62,508 bases of DNA from an uncultured Candidatus Saccharibacteria bacterium (GTDB lineage Bacteria > Patescibacteriota > Doudnabacteria > UBA920): contig CAYGEJ010000007.1 of the NCBI GenBank assembly GCA_964348935.1, positions 1-62,508 on the forward strand, written 5' to 3'. This document shows, one piece after another, positions 17,859 to 27,297 of the stretch. Numbering within the stretch: position 1 is the first letter of the stretch; each line of letters starts with the position of its first letter. The position numbers and the translations under genes are program-made. The notes beneath the pieces were generated by a model, which saw only the letters and a list, made by a program, of their open reading frames with translations, had not been told where the DNA came from and searched no databases.

Positions 17859-18974
17859 ATGGGAACTATTCGCGAAGGTTTAACAGGCGCGGGTTATAGG
17901 GAATCTTCACCAGAGGAACAGGAAACAAACGCTGAAAAACAGCGTATTGTTAAGTTGCTGTTGAATCCAAAAAATAGGTTCAGGGTGTCCATAGATTTTT
18001 TTTATACACCAGAAAAAGACCCAAGATTTTTACCTGAAAATTTAAACAAGAAACCCTTTAGGGATATTGTTTATGAGGATTGGCAAAGAAATTTGGCTGA
18101 AAACAAGTCCAAGCAAAAATTTGACGCTACCAATACAGAAGAAAATTGGAAAACTGAATTTGAGCAAGAATGGCTAACTGAACATAATAAAGATGAATTA
18201 ATAGCTAATATACAGGAATGGATAGATGTTGAGAGTGATGAAAATGTAAAACAGCAATATGAGGAGTATTTAAATCGTTATCGTTCTACTATTGAAAGGT
18301 ACGAAAACCTGCAAGCTACTAAAACAGCATCTAAGTTAAAGAATGAGAGTGATCCAAATAGGGAAACCAGCAAGTTTTTAGGTGCAAAACCTGGGTTTCG
18401 AAATCCAAATGCTAATAAATGGTTTGAAGGTCTTGAACGTGTGGATGAGCCTAGGTTTGCTAAAGCAAAAGCACAATTTAAATTAATAATTGAACAAGAT
18501 TTTAATAGTGATTATAAAAAGTTTTTAGATTCCGGAACTTTTACACCAGTGGCTAATAAAGCTGAGCTTGGCTTAACTATTGCACTAAATTTTGTCGCTC
18601 AAGAAGCTTTGCTTAATCAAGGAAAAATTACTGAGTTTGAGGAGTATAAAAAGTTTTTAGAGTTACCAAAAGAAAAACAGGTTGAATTTTTTACAGAGCA
18701 AGGTATAGACGTAGATGGAAAGACGGTATTGGCTTTGTTAATAAAAAGAATAAAACTCCTTTTAGAAAGTAAAACACAAAATACAAAAAAGGTGGTATTA
18801 AAGCCGGTTCGGGATATTTCACCTAAACCAGAACCGCAGGAGTCACAGACTGAGATCCCAGTGGTTATCGATTATGGTTTTAAGCCCAGTGAAGGTTTAA
18901 ATAAAATGATTAATAGAATTCGAAAACAATCTCAAAACAACGATTACGATCCAGATTCTGAAATTGGATTATAA
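17859..18974 (+). CDS. hypothetical protein (charged, helical)
   Basis: 371-aa ORF with host-like AT-rich codons. Confidence 0.75.
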   Translation: MGTIREGLTGAGYRESSPEEQETNAEKQRIVKLLLNPKNRFRVSIDFFYTPEKDPRFLPENLNKKPFRDIVYEDWQRNLAENKSKQKFDATNTEENWKTEFEQEWLTEHNKDELIANIQEWIDVESDENVKQQYEEYLNRYRSTIERYENLQATKTASKLKNESDPNRETSKFLGAKPGFRNPNANKWFEGLERVDEPRFAKAKAQFKLIIEQDFNSDYKKFLDSGTFTPVANKAELGLTIALNFVAQEALLNQGKITEFEEYKKFLELPKEKQVEFFTEQGIDVDGKTVLALLIKRIKLLLESKTQNTKKVVLKPVRDISPKPEPQESQTEIPVVIDYGFKPSEGLNKMINRIRKQSQNNDYDPDSEIGL

Positions 18975-18984
18975 TAATAATTTT

Positions 18985-19311
18985 ATGGAAATAAACAATA
19001 ACTTAGCACAAATAAACCCGCCCTTGTATGCTTTTTTGGACTCTTGTTTGGTGGAAAAAGGAGTGAAAGATATTCCAGATAGTTTAAAAGAACAGATGAT
19101 TCAAGATTTGTCCCAGCGTTTGCAATTGTGGCTTATGCAGGCAGTGGTAATGCATTTACCTGAGGAAAACGCATTGGAGTTTGAGCAACTTATGGAAAGC
19201 GGTACGGAGCAAGAAAAAATAATGGAGTTTTTACAATCTAAAGTTTCAAATATAAGCCAAATTTTTGAGCAAGAAATGTTAAATTTTAAACGAGCCTATT
19301 TGGGCAATTAA
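18985..19311 (+). CDS. small helical protein resembling the CPR DUF5663 family
   Basis: Pattern LVEKGVKDIP..LKEQMIQDL..RL....LPEE...EFEQL..FL..KV.N. Confidence 0.6.
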   Translation: MEINNNLAQINPPLYAFLDSCLVEKGVKDIPDSLKEQMIQDLSQRLQLWLMQAVVMHLPEENALEFEQLMESGTEQEKIMEFLQSKVSNISQIFEQEMLNFKRAYLGN

Positions 19312-19315
19312 ACTT

Positions 19316-22300
19316 ATGTCAAGAAAACCACAACCCGAAGGTTTTAGGCACGACTCAAAGTTACAAGATAGAGAAGATTACTCTGTTCCTAGGCATGAAA
19401 GGTTTTTAGGTATAGCTGAAGATAAAGAAGACGCAAAGCGCTCTAAAAAAGGAATAAAATCTAGAGAAAGACAAGGTGTTTTTGGAAATGAAAAAAAAGG
19501 TGCTGAAAAAAAGCCAAAAAATCAAGCCGAAATTACCCATGTTAGAAATGAAAATGAGAAAATAAAAGCCGAAAATGAAAAAGCAAGAGAAGTAGTCAAG
19601 CAGGTAAAAGAAGCTTTGGACGGAGCTTTAAAATTGGTATTTGCAAAACGTAAAGGAAAGCAGATTAGTGACAGTGAAAAAACTAGGTTAGCTGTTATCT
19701 CGCAAAGAGTTACTGTTGCTAGCAATGGTTTAGAACAATTTAAATTGCAACGCGATGTTGTTATAAACGGGGTATTGCAAAATAGAACTGAACTTATTGA
19801 AGTTCAAGATTTAATGTCGGCCTGTGTTAGAGATGTTGAAGCTTTAAAATCTCAAGTTGAAGAAGTAGGGCAAATTACGGCATTGGCTAAAGAAGCGAAT
19901 AGTGAAGTGTTAGATGGAGACGGGAAAAAAGCAAAGTGGAGAAAGAAACTTCAAGGTGTTAAAAATATCAAGATAAAAGCAAAAATTATTGCCAGAATGC
20001 AGGAGTGGCAACAGCTTGATGAAGCCAGAGGTGCCAAATACGATAAAAACTACGAAGATTCACAATTAGGTGAAGCTTGTTTTCAAGTATTTAAAGAATA
20101 TAGTCAAGATCAGTTAGGTAGATTTGAGAAAATTGTGGGAGAAAAAAATAAAGAAATAGAAAAATTTAAAAAATATTTAAAAACCATAGACGATTCTTCT
20201 ATTAATTATTTTCAATTTCATTTTAAAAAAGCTGTTAAAGAGTTAAATGCACTTGAGCAAAGTACTCAAGATTATTTTAATAAAGAAGAGGCGGGTAATA
20301 TTGCGATTGTTGAAAATTATAGAAAGTTAATTTTAGAAGAATATGAAAGTGAATTACCTGAAAATTTTAATGATTTAAATAAAAGAGATCAGGATTTAAT
20401 ATTGGCAAAGTTAGCTTTTGAAAATAGAATTCTTTTAAATTTTCCAGAGGAGAAGGCGTTGTTGCCAGACCTTGAACCTGTTTACGATGAAGTAGTAAAA
20501 GTTGAACAAAATATAAATAATGGCAGTAAAATAGATGTCTCTCGTTTGGAAAATTACGCACCAGTTGATTTAAGTGAATTTGCACCAAAAGAAGAAGAAC
20601 ATATTTTACAAAATACTAATCCACCTTACGATATTGAAAACTTAGCATTTTCTTTACCAGAAATTCCAAAGGGGATAGACAAGAGAATATTTCTAATAGA
20701 TATTTCTGCGATCGCAGAACGTATGGCAAGGAGTAAGGCAGAGGAGAGATTCACAAAAGAATTTGACAAAAAGGGTGGATTTTTTGGTGCGGTAAAAAAT
20801 GCCTGGAAGGGGTTAAGTGAAAATCATAAACGTATAAAATACTACCAAGAAGCTATAACAGAAATTCAAACCGATAATAACTTAATGCGGGCTATTTCAG
20901 AGCGAGTAAGTGGACAGCCAGTTCCTGGTGGTGGAACAAGAATTTCTGCTGAATACTTACAAATATTGGGCAGTGTAGTTGAAGAGTATAAACATGAAGT
21001 TGCCGATGCACAAAGGGAAGTGGGGGACAGTCTTAAAGATGACCCTGAAATTAAAGGTAAGTTTGCAGAGTTGTTGCATAGATACAGAACTAACAAATGG
21101 GATGGGGCGGCATATCAAGGTTTGGATAAACGTGCCTCGGTAGAATTATATGTAAAGGAAAAGATTGCCCCATATATTAATAAGCAATCAACTGCAAAAT
21201 GGACTCAGGATATAGACAGACTTAAAGAAGCTAAGGGTCTTTTGTATGCTAGCAATTTTTATGAAATGCTTGAGTCTATAGATAATCAATATAAAGGACA
21301 AATAGATCAAGCTGTAAAAGAGTTGATGGAAAAAAATCCTGAAGCTAATATTGAAGCAATCAGAGAAGCTATAGCTAGTCATGTAGAAGGAGTGCAGGGG
21401 CTAGACTTAAAATTAGGACTAAAAGAAAGAGATTTGGTAAACAATAGACCAAAGGGTATTTTGAATGTATACGAGAGAATGGTAAATTTTGGTGAGAAAC
21501 ATACTGTTCTGGGTAAAGTAGTAATGAATCCATTTGTAATTGGCGCGGCAGCAACCTTAGCTGGTAATGGAGTACAGCGCGCTATTAAATGGGCTGCAGT
21601 TGGTGGTGCTGTGGCAGCAGGAGCTAGTGGTTTTTGGGTTCCTTTGGGTGTTGGCGCAATGGCTGGCGGTGCTTACCGTGCCTTTAAGCGAAGTAAGGAT
21701 GTTAAGTACGATACAGCCCAGGAATTAAGGCATCAGACCCTTGGTGGAAAGCCAAGTGAGGTTTTAGGTGTAAGTAATGAACGCAATTATGGAACAGCTA
21801 TAATGGCTTTTAGTGAAGCCTTATTACAAGTGGGAGCAATGAAAGGCAAGACTAGTTTTACAGACATAGAGAAACAACAGCTGGCTCAAATTTATGCACG
21901 TCTTCAATTAGAACATGACACTTTAGTTTCCAATAAAAAAGAAGAATTTAAGTTAGACTTATTTAAGACCGATGAAGAATCAGGTAAAAAGTATGGAACA
22001 ATAGCAGTAGAAAAATCTAAGTTAAAAGTGGAACTTAAAAAATTAGGAATTACCGAAACAGACTTACAGACTTTAATAGACCAAGAAAAAGTTAATTTGG
22101 TTAAGTTAATTGCTGATGTAAATAAAGAACAGGACAGCTTTAGAAGAAAAGAAATGTTAAAGTCAGGAGCAATGGGCGCTGTTATGGGTGTTGCTGGTGG
22201 GGTAATTGGACAGCAGGCTAGTTATGAATTGGGTAGATTGTTTGGCTCGGAATATATGAATACTCACGGCACAATGTTGGAAAAAGTTCTTGGTTTTAAA

Positions 22301-24295
22301 CATGGCTTATTTGGTAATGCTGGTGGAGATAAAATAATTAGTCCTGCTACAATTGTACCGGGATCAGGGCTTGCAAGATCCTCAACAGAATGGTTCCATA
22401 ATATGCGTGGGCATATAAGTGGTGGGGAAGTAGACACTATTCATACTCAAAATTGGTATGATAACCCAGATATGTCTGATCCTCACGTGCATAATAGAAA
22501 TGAGTTACAATTTCATATTAGTAAAGATGCCAGCGAAGCATTGCACTTTAAAGTACCAGTTGAAGATAATAACTCGTGGTTAATTCATAGTAAAACTCTA
22601 AACTTTGCTGATGTAACAAAAGCCTTTGCCGATGGTAGAATAAAAATGATTTTTGTGCCAGATGGTGCTCACCCAGAAAGTGCTGTGGTTTTAGATGTGG
22701 ACCCAACTACCAAGGAAGTAGTTATTCCAAAAGGCAGTAATTTAAGGGGGTTGTTCGACGAAAAAACTGGTAGACCAAAAGGTACTGGGTTCTTTGGACT
22801 CGCAGAAAGACAGGGAACAAGTAAAAATTATATTTGGATAAACAGCGAACGGAATAATGGACAGAATATAGATTGGGGTAAAACCAGTGGGCCAGGTAAA
22901 GTTGTGCCTGCAGAATTTGGCAAGGGTGATGTTGAAGATTTTGACAACCTCACAATTCCAACAGTTCCCCCAGAGCGTAAAGTATTTATGAGGCCAGAAG
23001 AAAGAGCTAAGTTTGAAGAACAGAAGAAGCAGAAAGAAGTAGGAGAGGCTGGAGACAGTGCTTTACCTCAAGGTAGGGCAGAAGTGTTGCAGGGAAGAAA
23101 TAGGGTTAATTTTACTCAAGAAACTCATAATAATTCAGAGCTTAGTGAAGCGGGGGAGGCAAAGCTAGAACAAAGATTAAGGGAAGAAAATAAAGATTTA
23201 ATAAATCCAGAAAGGATTACACAACTTAGAAGAACTTATCAGCTTGACCTAAGTCCTGAACAAAAAAAGTCTTTTGGCATTAACTTTCAAATTATTAATG
23301 ATTGGCAAAATTTTGAAGATAATGCAATTAAAAAAGCAAAAGAAGCTGATAAAAAAGAATTACATGCAAAGTATGGTAAAGAATTAAAGGGGCATCATCA
23401 TGAACATGAGGATGATGTTAAATATGTAGTTATACATTACGAAGGACCTGCAACTCAAGAATATATTGCAGAGCTAAAAAAATTAAATGAATCAGTTGCC
23501 ACTATAGAGAATAAATATAAAAGAATTGAAGAGTTAAATAAATCAATTAAAAAAATACTTATTGAGGAAGATACTGAATATGAGGGAGATATAGATGATT
23601 TAACTCAAGAGTTTGAGGATCTTACCGAAAATGAATGGGACAAAGATTTTGATTTGGTTAAATACAGAAAAAATTATAGATCTAAATTAAGAAAAATTTC
23701 AAACGAAAAAGAAGCTCAAAAAACCACTGCTTCAGCACCAGCTCCAGCAAAACCAGAACAACCTAAAGACAAAATACCTGAAGGTACATTTAAGACGGAA
23801 TCGGGTTCTACAAATGAAGCAGATGAATTTGGTAAATTAACAGAAGTCTTAATTCAATCGACAGGGCATAGAGTTCACTTTAACGAAAATGGGGAACAGG
23901 TTCCAGATGCAGAAAAGGTAAAAACTGTAAAAGTTTTTCAAGAAGCATTGAATTTGTTATCTAAAGAAGATAGAAACAAAATTCTAGGAAAGTATAATTC
24001 TAAACATAAGGGCACGCCATTTGCTAGAGGAATTATTATAGGTTTTCCAACTTCAGTTTCTAGATTAGAATTTTCTAAAAATGACGATACTTTAAGAATC
24101 CCTGCAAATATAACAGCAGAGCAACTAAAAGAATTCTTATTAGAAGGTTATAAAAAAACAATTGAGCGAAGACAGGCAAGATTGGAACAACAAAGAGCAT
24201 CGGAAGGTGTAACAGAAGGGAAGCCTGTACCAGGCGTGCCAAAAGAAAGACCTCCAAGAACATACGCTAAAGGTAGAGTTAAAAAAACTGAATAA
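19316..24295 (+). CDS. 1659-aa hypothetical protein with coiled coils and Gly/Ala-rich hydrophobic segments
   Basis: Long uninterrupted ORF; no recognisable catalytic motif and no signal peptide. Confidence 0.85.
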   Translation: MSRKPQPEGFRHDSKLQDREDYSVPRHERFLGIAEDKEDAKRSKKGIKSRERQGVFGNEKKGAEKKPKNQAEITHVRNENEKIKAENEKAREVVKQVKEALDGALKLVFAKRKGKQISDSEKTRLAVISQRVTVASNGLEQFKLQRDVVINGVLQNRTELIEVQDLMSACVRDVEALKSQVEEVGQITALAKEANSEVLDGDGKKAKWRKKLQGVKNIKIKAKIIARMQEWQQLDEARGAKYDKNYEDSQLGEACFQVFKEYSQDQLGRFEKIVGEKNKEIEKFKKYLKTIDDSSINYFQFHFKKAVKELNALEQSTQDYFNKEEAGNIAIVENYRKLILEEYESELPENFNDLNKRDQDLILAKLAFENRILLNFPEEKALLPDLEPVYDEVVKVEQNINNGSKIDVSRLENYAPVDLSEFAPKEEEHILQNTNPPYDIENLAFSLPEIPKGIDKRIFLIDISAIAERMARSKAEERFTKEFDKKGGFFGAVKNAWKGLSENHKRIKYYQEAITEIQTDNNLMRAISERVSGQPVPGGGTRISAEYLQILGSVVEEYKHEVADAQREVGDSLKDDPEIKGKFAELLHRYRTNKWDGAAYQGLDKRASVELYVKEKIAPYINKQSTAKWTQDIDRLKEAKGLLYASNFYEMLESIDNQYKGQIDQAVKELMEKNPEANIEAIREAIASHVEGVQGLDLKLGLKERDLVNNRPKGILNVYERMVNFGEKHTVLGKVVMNPFVIGAAATLAGNGVQRAIKWAAVGGAVAAGASGFWVPLGVGAMAGGAYRAFKRSKDVKYDTAQELRHQTLGGKPSEVLGVSNERNYGTAIMAFSEALLQVGAMKGKTSFTDIEKQQLAQIYARLQLEHDTLVSNKKEEFKLDLFKTDEESGKKYGTIAVEKSKLKVELKKLGITETDLQTLIDQEKVNLVKLIADVNKEQDSFRRKEMLKSGAMGAVMGVAGGVIGQQASYELGRLFGSEYMNTHGTMLEKVLGFKHGLFGNAGGDKIISPATIVPGSGLARSSTEWFHNMRGHISGGEVDTIHTQNWYDNPDMSDPHVHNRNELQFHISKDASEALHFKVPVEDNNSWLIHSKTLNFADVTKAFADGRIKMIFVPDGAHPESAVVLDVDPTTKEVVIPKGSNLRGLFDEKTGRPKGTGFFGLAERQGTSKNYIWINSERNNGQNIDWGKTSGPGKVVPAEFGKGDVEDFDNLTIPTVPPERKVFMRPEERAKFEEQKKQKEVGEAGDSALPQGRAEVLQGRNRVNFTQETHNNSELSEAGEAKLEQRLREENKDLINPERITQLRRTYQLDLSPEQKKSFGINFQIINDWQNFEDNAIKKAKEADKKELHAKYGKELKGHHHEHEDDVKYVVIHYEGPATQEYIAELKKLNESVATIENKYKRIEELNKSIKKILIEEDTEYEGDIDDLTQEFEDLTENEWDKDFDLVKYRKNYRSKLRKISNEKEAQKTTASAPAPAKPEQPKDKIPEGTFKTESGSTNEADEFGKLTEVLIQSTGHRVHFNENGEQVPDAEKVKTVKVFQEALNLLSKEDRNKILGKYNSKHKGTPFARGIIIGFPTSVSRLEFSKNDDTLRIPANITAEQLKEFLLEGYKKTIERRQARLEQQRASEGVTEGKPVPGVPKERPPRTYAKGRVKKTE

Positions 24296-24350
24296 TTTAC
24301 AAACTATTAGCCCTAAAGTCCTAGACTTTAGGGCTAATAGTTTGTAAATT
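24294..24350. repeat. perfect 27-bp inverted repeat with 3-nt loop (terminator or cruciform)
   Basis: AATTTACAAACTATTAGCCCTAAAGTC-cta-GACTTTAGGGCTAATAGTTTGTAAATT. Confidence 0.85.
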
Positions 24351-24710
24351 TACCAAACTTGCCAAAATATTTGTAATATCTGGCAATTGTGTTATAATTT
24401 TATAAATAAAGCTGGCGAAAAGAATAGGTATAAAAAGCCTTAAAAATCCAGTTAAAAATCAAAACAAAAATTCAAGCAAAATTCTCCTATTATAACTGCT
24501 TGCCAAATAGAATCTATAATTAAAGATTCTTAGGTAGTAGGGCTAATAAAAGAAAGCTTGATTTTATTTTTTATATCTATTATTTTCAAATAAATTTATC
24601 ATGAACCCCATTATAAATATTAATAATAGTAGAAATATATCAAAATTGTGTTTTTTTAAAAAAGATGGAAAATTATAATTATGAAAAATTTTAACGGGGT
24701 AAAAAAAACT

Positions 24711-25889
24711 ATGGAAGTAAAACCAAAAATTGAAACCTTTGCGCGGATTAAGGTTTTAGGAATTGGAGGCTCCGGCACCAATGCAGTTAACCGCATGACG
24801 CAATTAGGAATTAAGGGTGTAGAATTTATTGCCGTTAACACAGACGCACAGGCTTTGCATAATAACCAAGCTGACAGAAAAGTACATATTGGAAAAACTA
24901 CAACCAAAGGTTTGGGTTCAGGAATGAATCCAGATTTAGGTAGGCAAGCAGCAGAAGAGAGTGTAGAGGAATTAGAAGAAGTTATAGATAATGCTGATAT
25001 GGTTTTTATAACCTGTGGACTTGGTGGTGGAACCGGAAGTGGTGCTGCTCCTATTGTGGCTGAGCTTGCTAAGAACAAAGGAATCTTGACTGTTGGTGTG
25101 GTTACTAAACCTTTTACTTTTGAAGGTAGCAAAAGAAAAGAAGTTGCTGAGGTTGCTTATGATAATTTAAAAGATAAAGTAGATGCAATTATTTCTATTC
25201 ATAACGATAGAATTCTACAAATTATAGACAAGAAAACTTCTTTAATAGATGCATTCAAAACTGTAGACGAAGTTTTGAGACAGGGGATTGCCGGAATTTC
25301 AGATTTAATTACCACTCACGGAATTGTGAACGCAGACTTTGCAGATATTAAATCTATAATGCAAGATGCAGGAACTGCCCTTATGGGTATTGGTAGAGCC
25401 AGCGGAGAGACCAGAGCACAAGATGCCGCTAAGGCCGCTATTAATTCTCCGTTACTTGAAATGACAATAGACGGAGCTAAGGGAGTGCTGTTTAATATTA
25501 CCGGTGGAACTTCACTTGGAATGTTTGAAATAGACGAGGCTGCCAAAGTAATTACAAAGAGTATTGATAGTGATGCAAAAGTTAAATTCGGCGCGGTTAT
25601 AGATGACAGTATGGGAGAAGAAGTGCGTATTACAGTTATTGCAACCGGATTTGATGAAAGCAGTAAGCGTATGAGTCCAGTTACTATGGTGCTTAATGAG
25701 CCTGCGCAGAAGCCAAAAATTCAGGAGCCGAAATTTGTAAATCCGCTTCCGCCAATTGAAGTTCGTAAACCAATGTTTAATCCAAAACCTGCACCGCCAA
25801 TTGAAGTAGAAGAGTCTCCGGCTTTCGACGGATCTTCCAGTGAAGATGAGCTGGACATACCCGCGTTCATAAGAAAGAAAATGAAGTAA
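24711..25889 (+). CDS. ftsZ: cell division protein FtsZ
   Basis: NTDAQAL, GLGGGTGSG, NADFADI, C-terminal LDIPAFIRKK. Confidence 0.98.
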   Translation: MEVKPKIETFARIKVLGIGGSGTNAVNRMTQLGIKGVEFIAVNTDAQALHNNQADRKVHIGKTTTKGLGSGMNPDLGRQAAEESVEELEEVIDNADMVFITCGLGGGTGSGAAPIVAELAKNKGILTVGVVTKPFTFEGSKRKEVAEVAYDNLKDKVDAIISIHNDRILQIIDKKTSLIDAFKTVDEVLRQGIAGISDLITTHGIVNADFADIKSIMQDAGTALMGIGRASGETRAQDAAKAAINSPLLEMTIDGAKGVLFNITGGTSLGMFEIDEAAKVITKSIDSDAKVKFGAVIDDSMGEEVRITVIATGFDESSKRMSPVTMVLNEPAQKPKIQEPKFVNPLPPIEVRKPMFNPKPAPPIEVEESPAFDGSSSEDELDIPAFIRKKMK

Positions 25890-25890
25890 T

Positions 25891-26367
25891 TTACGAAGTA
25901 CAAAATTTTACGAACTTACGAATATAACACCAACTGTTTTAACAAGGCAGGATTTAATTTATCCTGAATTGAGTTATAAAATAGTTGGTGTTCTTTTTAA
26001 TGTATATGGTCAGTTGGGTTATGGGCTATATGAAAAAATATATCAAAAAGCTGTTGCTTTAGGTTTAAAAAAAGAACGATTAAATTTTTCTGAACAATTA
26101 TATGCACCAATAATATTTGAAGGTAAAGTAGTTGGAAAAAATTATTTCGATTTCCTAGTAGAAGGAAAAGTTGTAATAGAATTAAAGAGGGGAGATAAAT
26201 TTGCGAAAGCTCATATAGACCAAGTTTATAATTATTTAGTTGCAAAAAATTTATATCTCGGAATTCTTGCATACTTCGGTCCCAATGGACTACATTATAA
26301 ACGCATATTAAATAGGCAAATATCACGCGCTTGAATTCGTAAGTTCGTACATGTTCGTATTTCGTAA
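25891..26367 (+). mobile_element. putative mobile cassette: GxxExxY gene between 32-bp inverted repeats
   Basis: 25891-25922 and 26336-26367 are inverted repeats (27/32); empty copies at 9454 and 42707. Confidence 0.65.
25924..26334 (+). CDS. GxxExxY protein (PD-(D/E)xK nuclease superfamily)
   Basis: GLYEKIY and FDFLVEGKVVIELK; family-like N-terminus DLIYPELSY lies upstream of the TTG at 25969; no in-frame ATG, only ATA at 25924. Confidence 0.85.
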   Translation: MTPTVLTRQDLIYPELSYKIVGVLFNVYGQLGYGLYEKIYQKAVALGLKKERLNFSEQLYAPIIFEGKVVGKNYFDFLVEGKVVIELKRGDKFAKAHIDQVYNYLVAKNLYLGILAYFGPNGLHYKRILNRQISRA

Positions 26368-26653
26368 ACTCTATAAAATTTGAATTGACTTTTTCCTCTA
26401 GCTGTGCTATAATATATATAACGTTGATTTCAAAGGTCGAAAGCATTGTATATAGATGCTTGAAATCCTTCGTAAATGAAACAAAAAATTCTGTTTCAAA
26501 ATAAAAAAACAATTAAATAATATTTTTTAAGGCAAGAATAAATATTGTCTTTATGTTTTATTTAAGGAGTTTGTGCGCAACCACTTCTTCCTCTGCTCTA
26601 TTTTAGAGGTTAACATAATTACAGTAATCACCTTAAAAAGGGGAGTGCATTTT

Positions 26654-27094
26654 ATGACACAAGAAACACCAGCAAAAGTTTTTAGTTTGCTTGGGGTTGC
26701 TTTAACTTCAATGTTTTTTTTGTTTGCAGTTTCCGTTACCAACGCGAACTTTAGTCAAACAGAAAAAGCATTTCCTACTGCGTTTAATCCTGACGTAGTT
26801 GTCGCATCGCTGGATAGCGTCGCCAATGGCTTTAGTAAATTTGTTCAAGCAAATTTAGTTCAGCCAGGAATTCAAAGTTATGTAATTGGCCAAGACAATA
26901 TAAATTATATTATAGATGAAGCAGCTCCAGATATTTTAGCTTACACTGGATTAACTCAACTTGCAGAAGTAAGTACACAGACTCAAGAAGTTTATGTACC
27001 ACAAGTTGCAGGTGCTTCAACACAAATTGTAGAAAGTAAATATTATCCAGCACAGGGAGATATGGGATTGTTCTCACTGCTAATTGGAAACTAA
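26654..27094 (+). CDS. membrane-anchored hypothetical protein
   Basis: GGGAG SD, N-terminal hydrophobic helix, PQVAGAST motif common in CPR exported proteins. Confidence 0.7.
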   Translation: MTQETPAKVFSLLGVALTSMFFLFAVSVTNANFSQTEKAFPTAFNPDVVVASLDSVANGFSKFVQANLVQPGIQSYVIGQDNINYIIDEAAPDILAYTGLTQLAEVSTQTQEVYVPQVAGASTQIVESKYYPAQGDMGLFSLLIGN

Positions 27095-27297
27095 ACCGCA
27101 GGTACGCAGATAAAAAAGATTACACAGATTGCGTACAATTAAAAATTAGGAAAGGCAAAAGTAAATACAAATTTTAAAAACTCCAAGGCTGTGCCCCCTT
27201 GGAGTTTTTTATTTATAATTTATTGAACTTGATTTATTATAAAATTTAAGGTAAATTTATTTACCAGCAAGTTGCTGAATTTGTTAAGGAGGCATTT

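Noticed and set aside
11701..24350. Prophage or integrative element
   Set aside because: No integrase, terminase, capsid, relaxase or flanking direct repeats were recognised.
24351..24710. Replication origin in the AT-rich gap before ftsZ
   Set aside because: No cluster of DnaA boxes (TTATCCACA) is seen.
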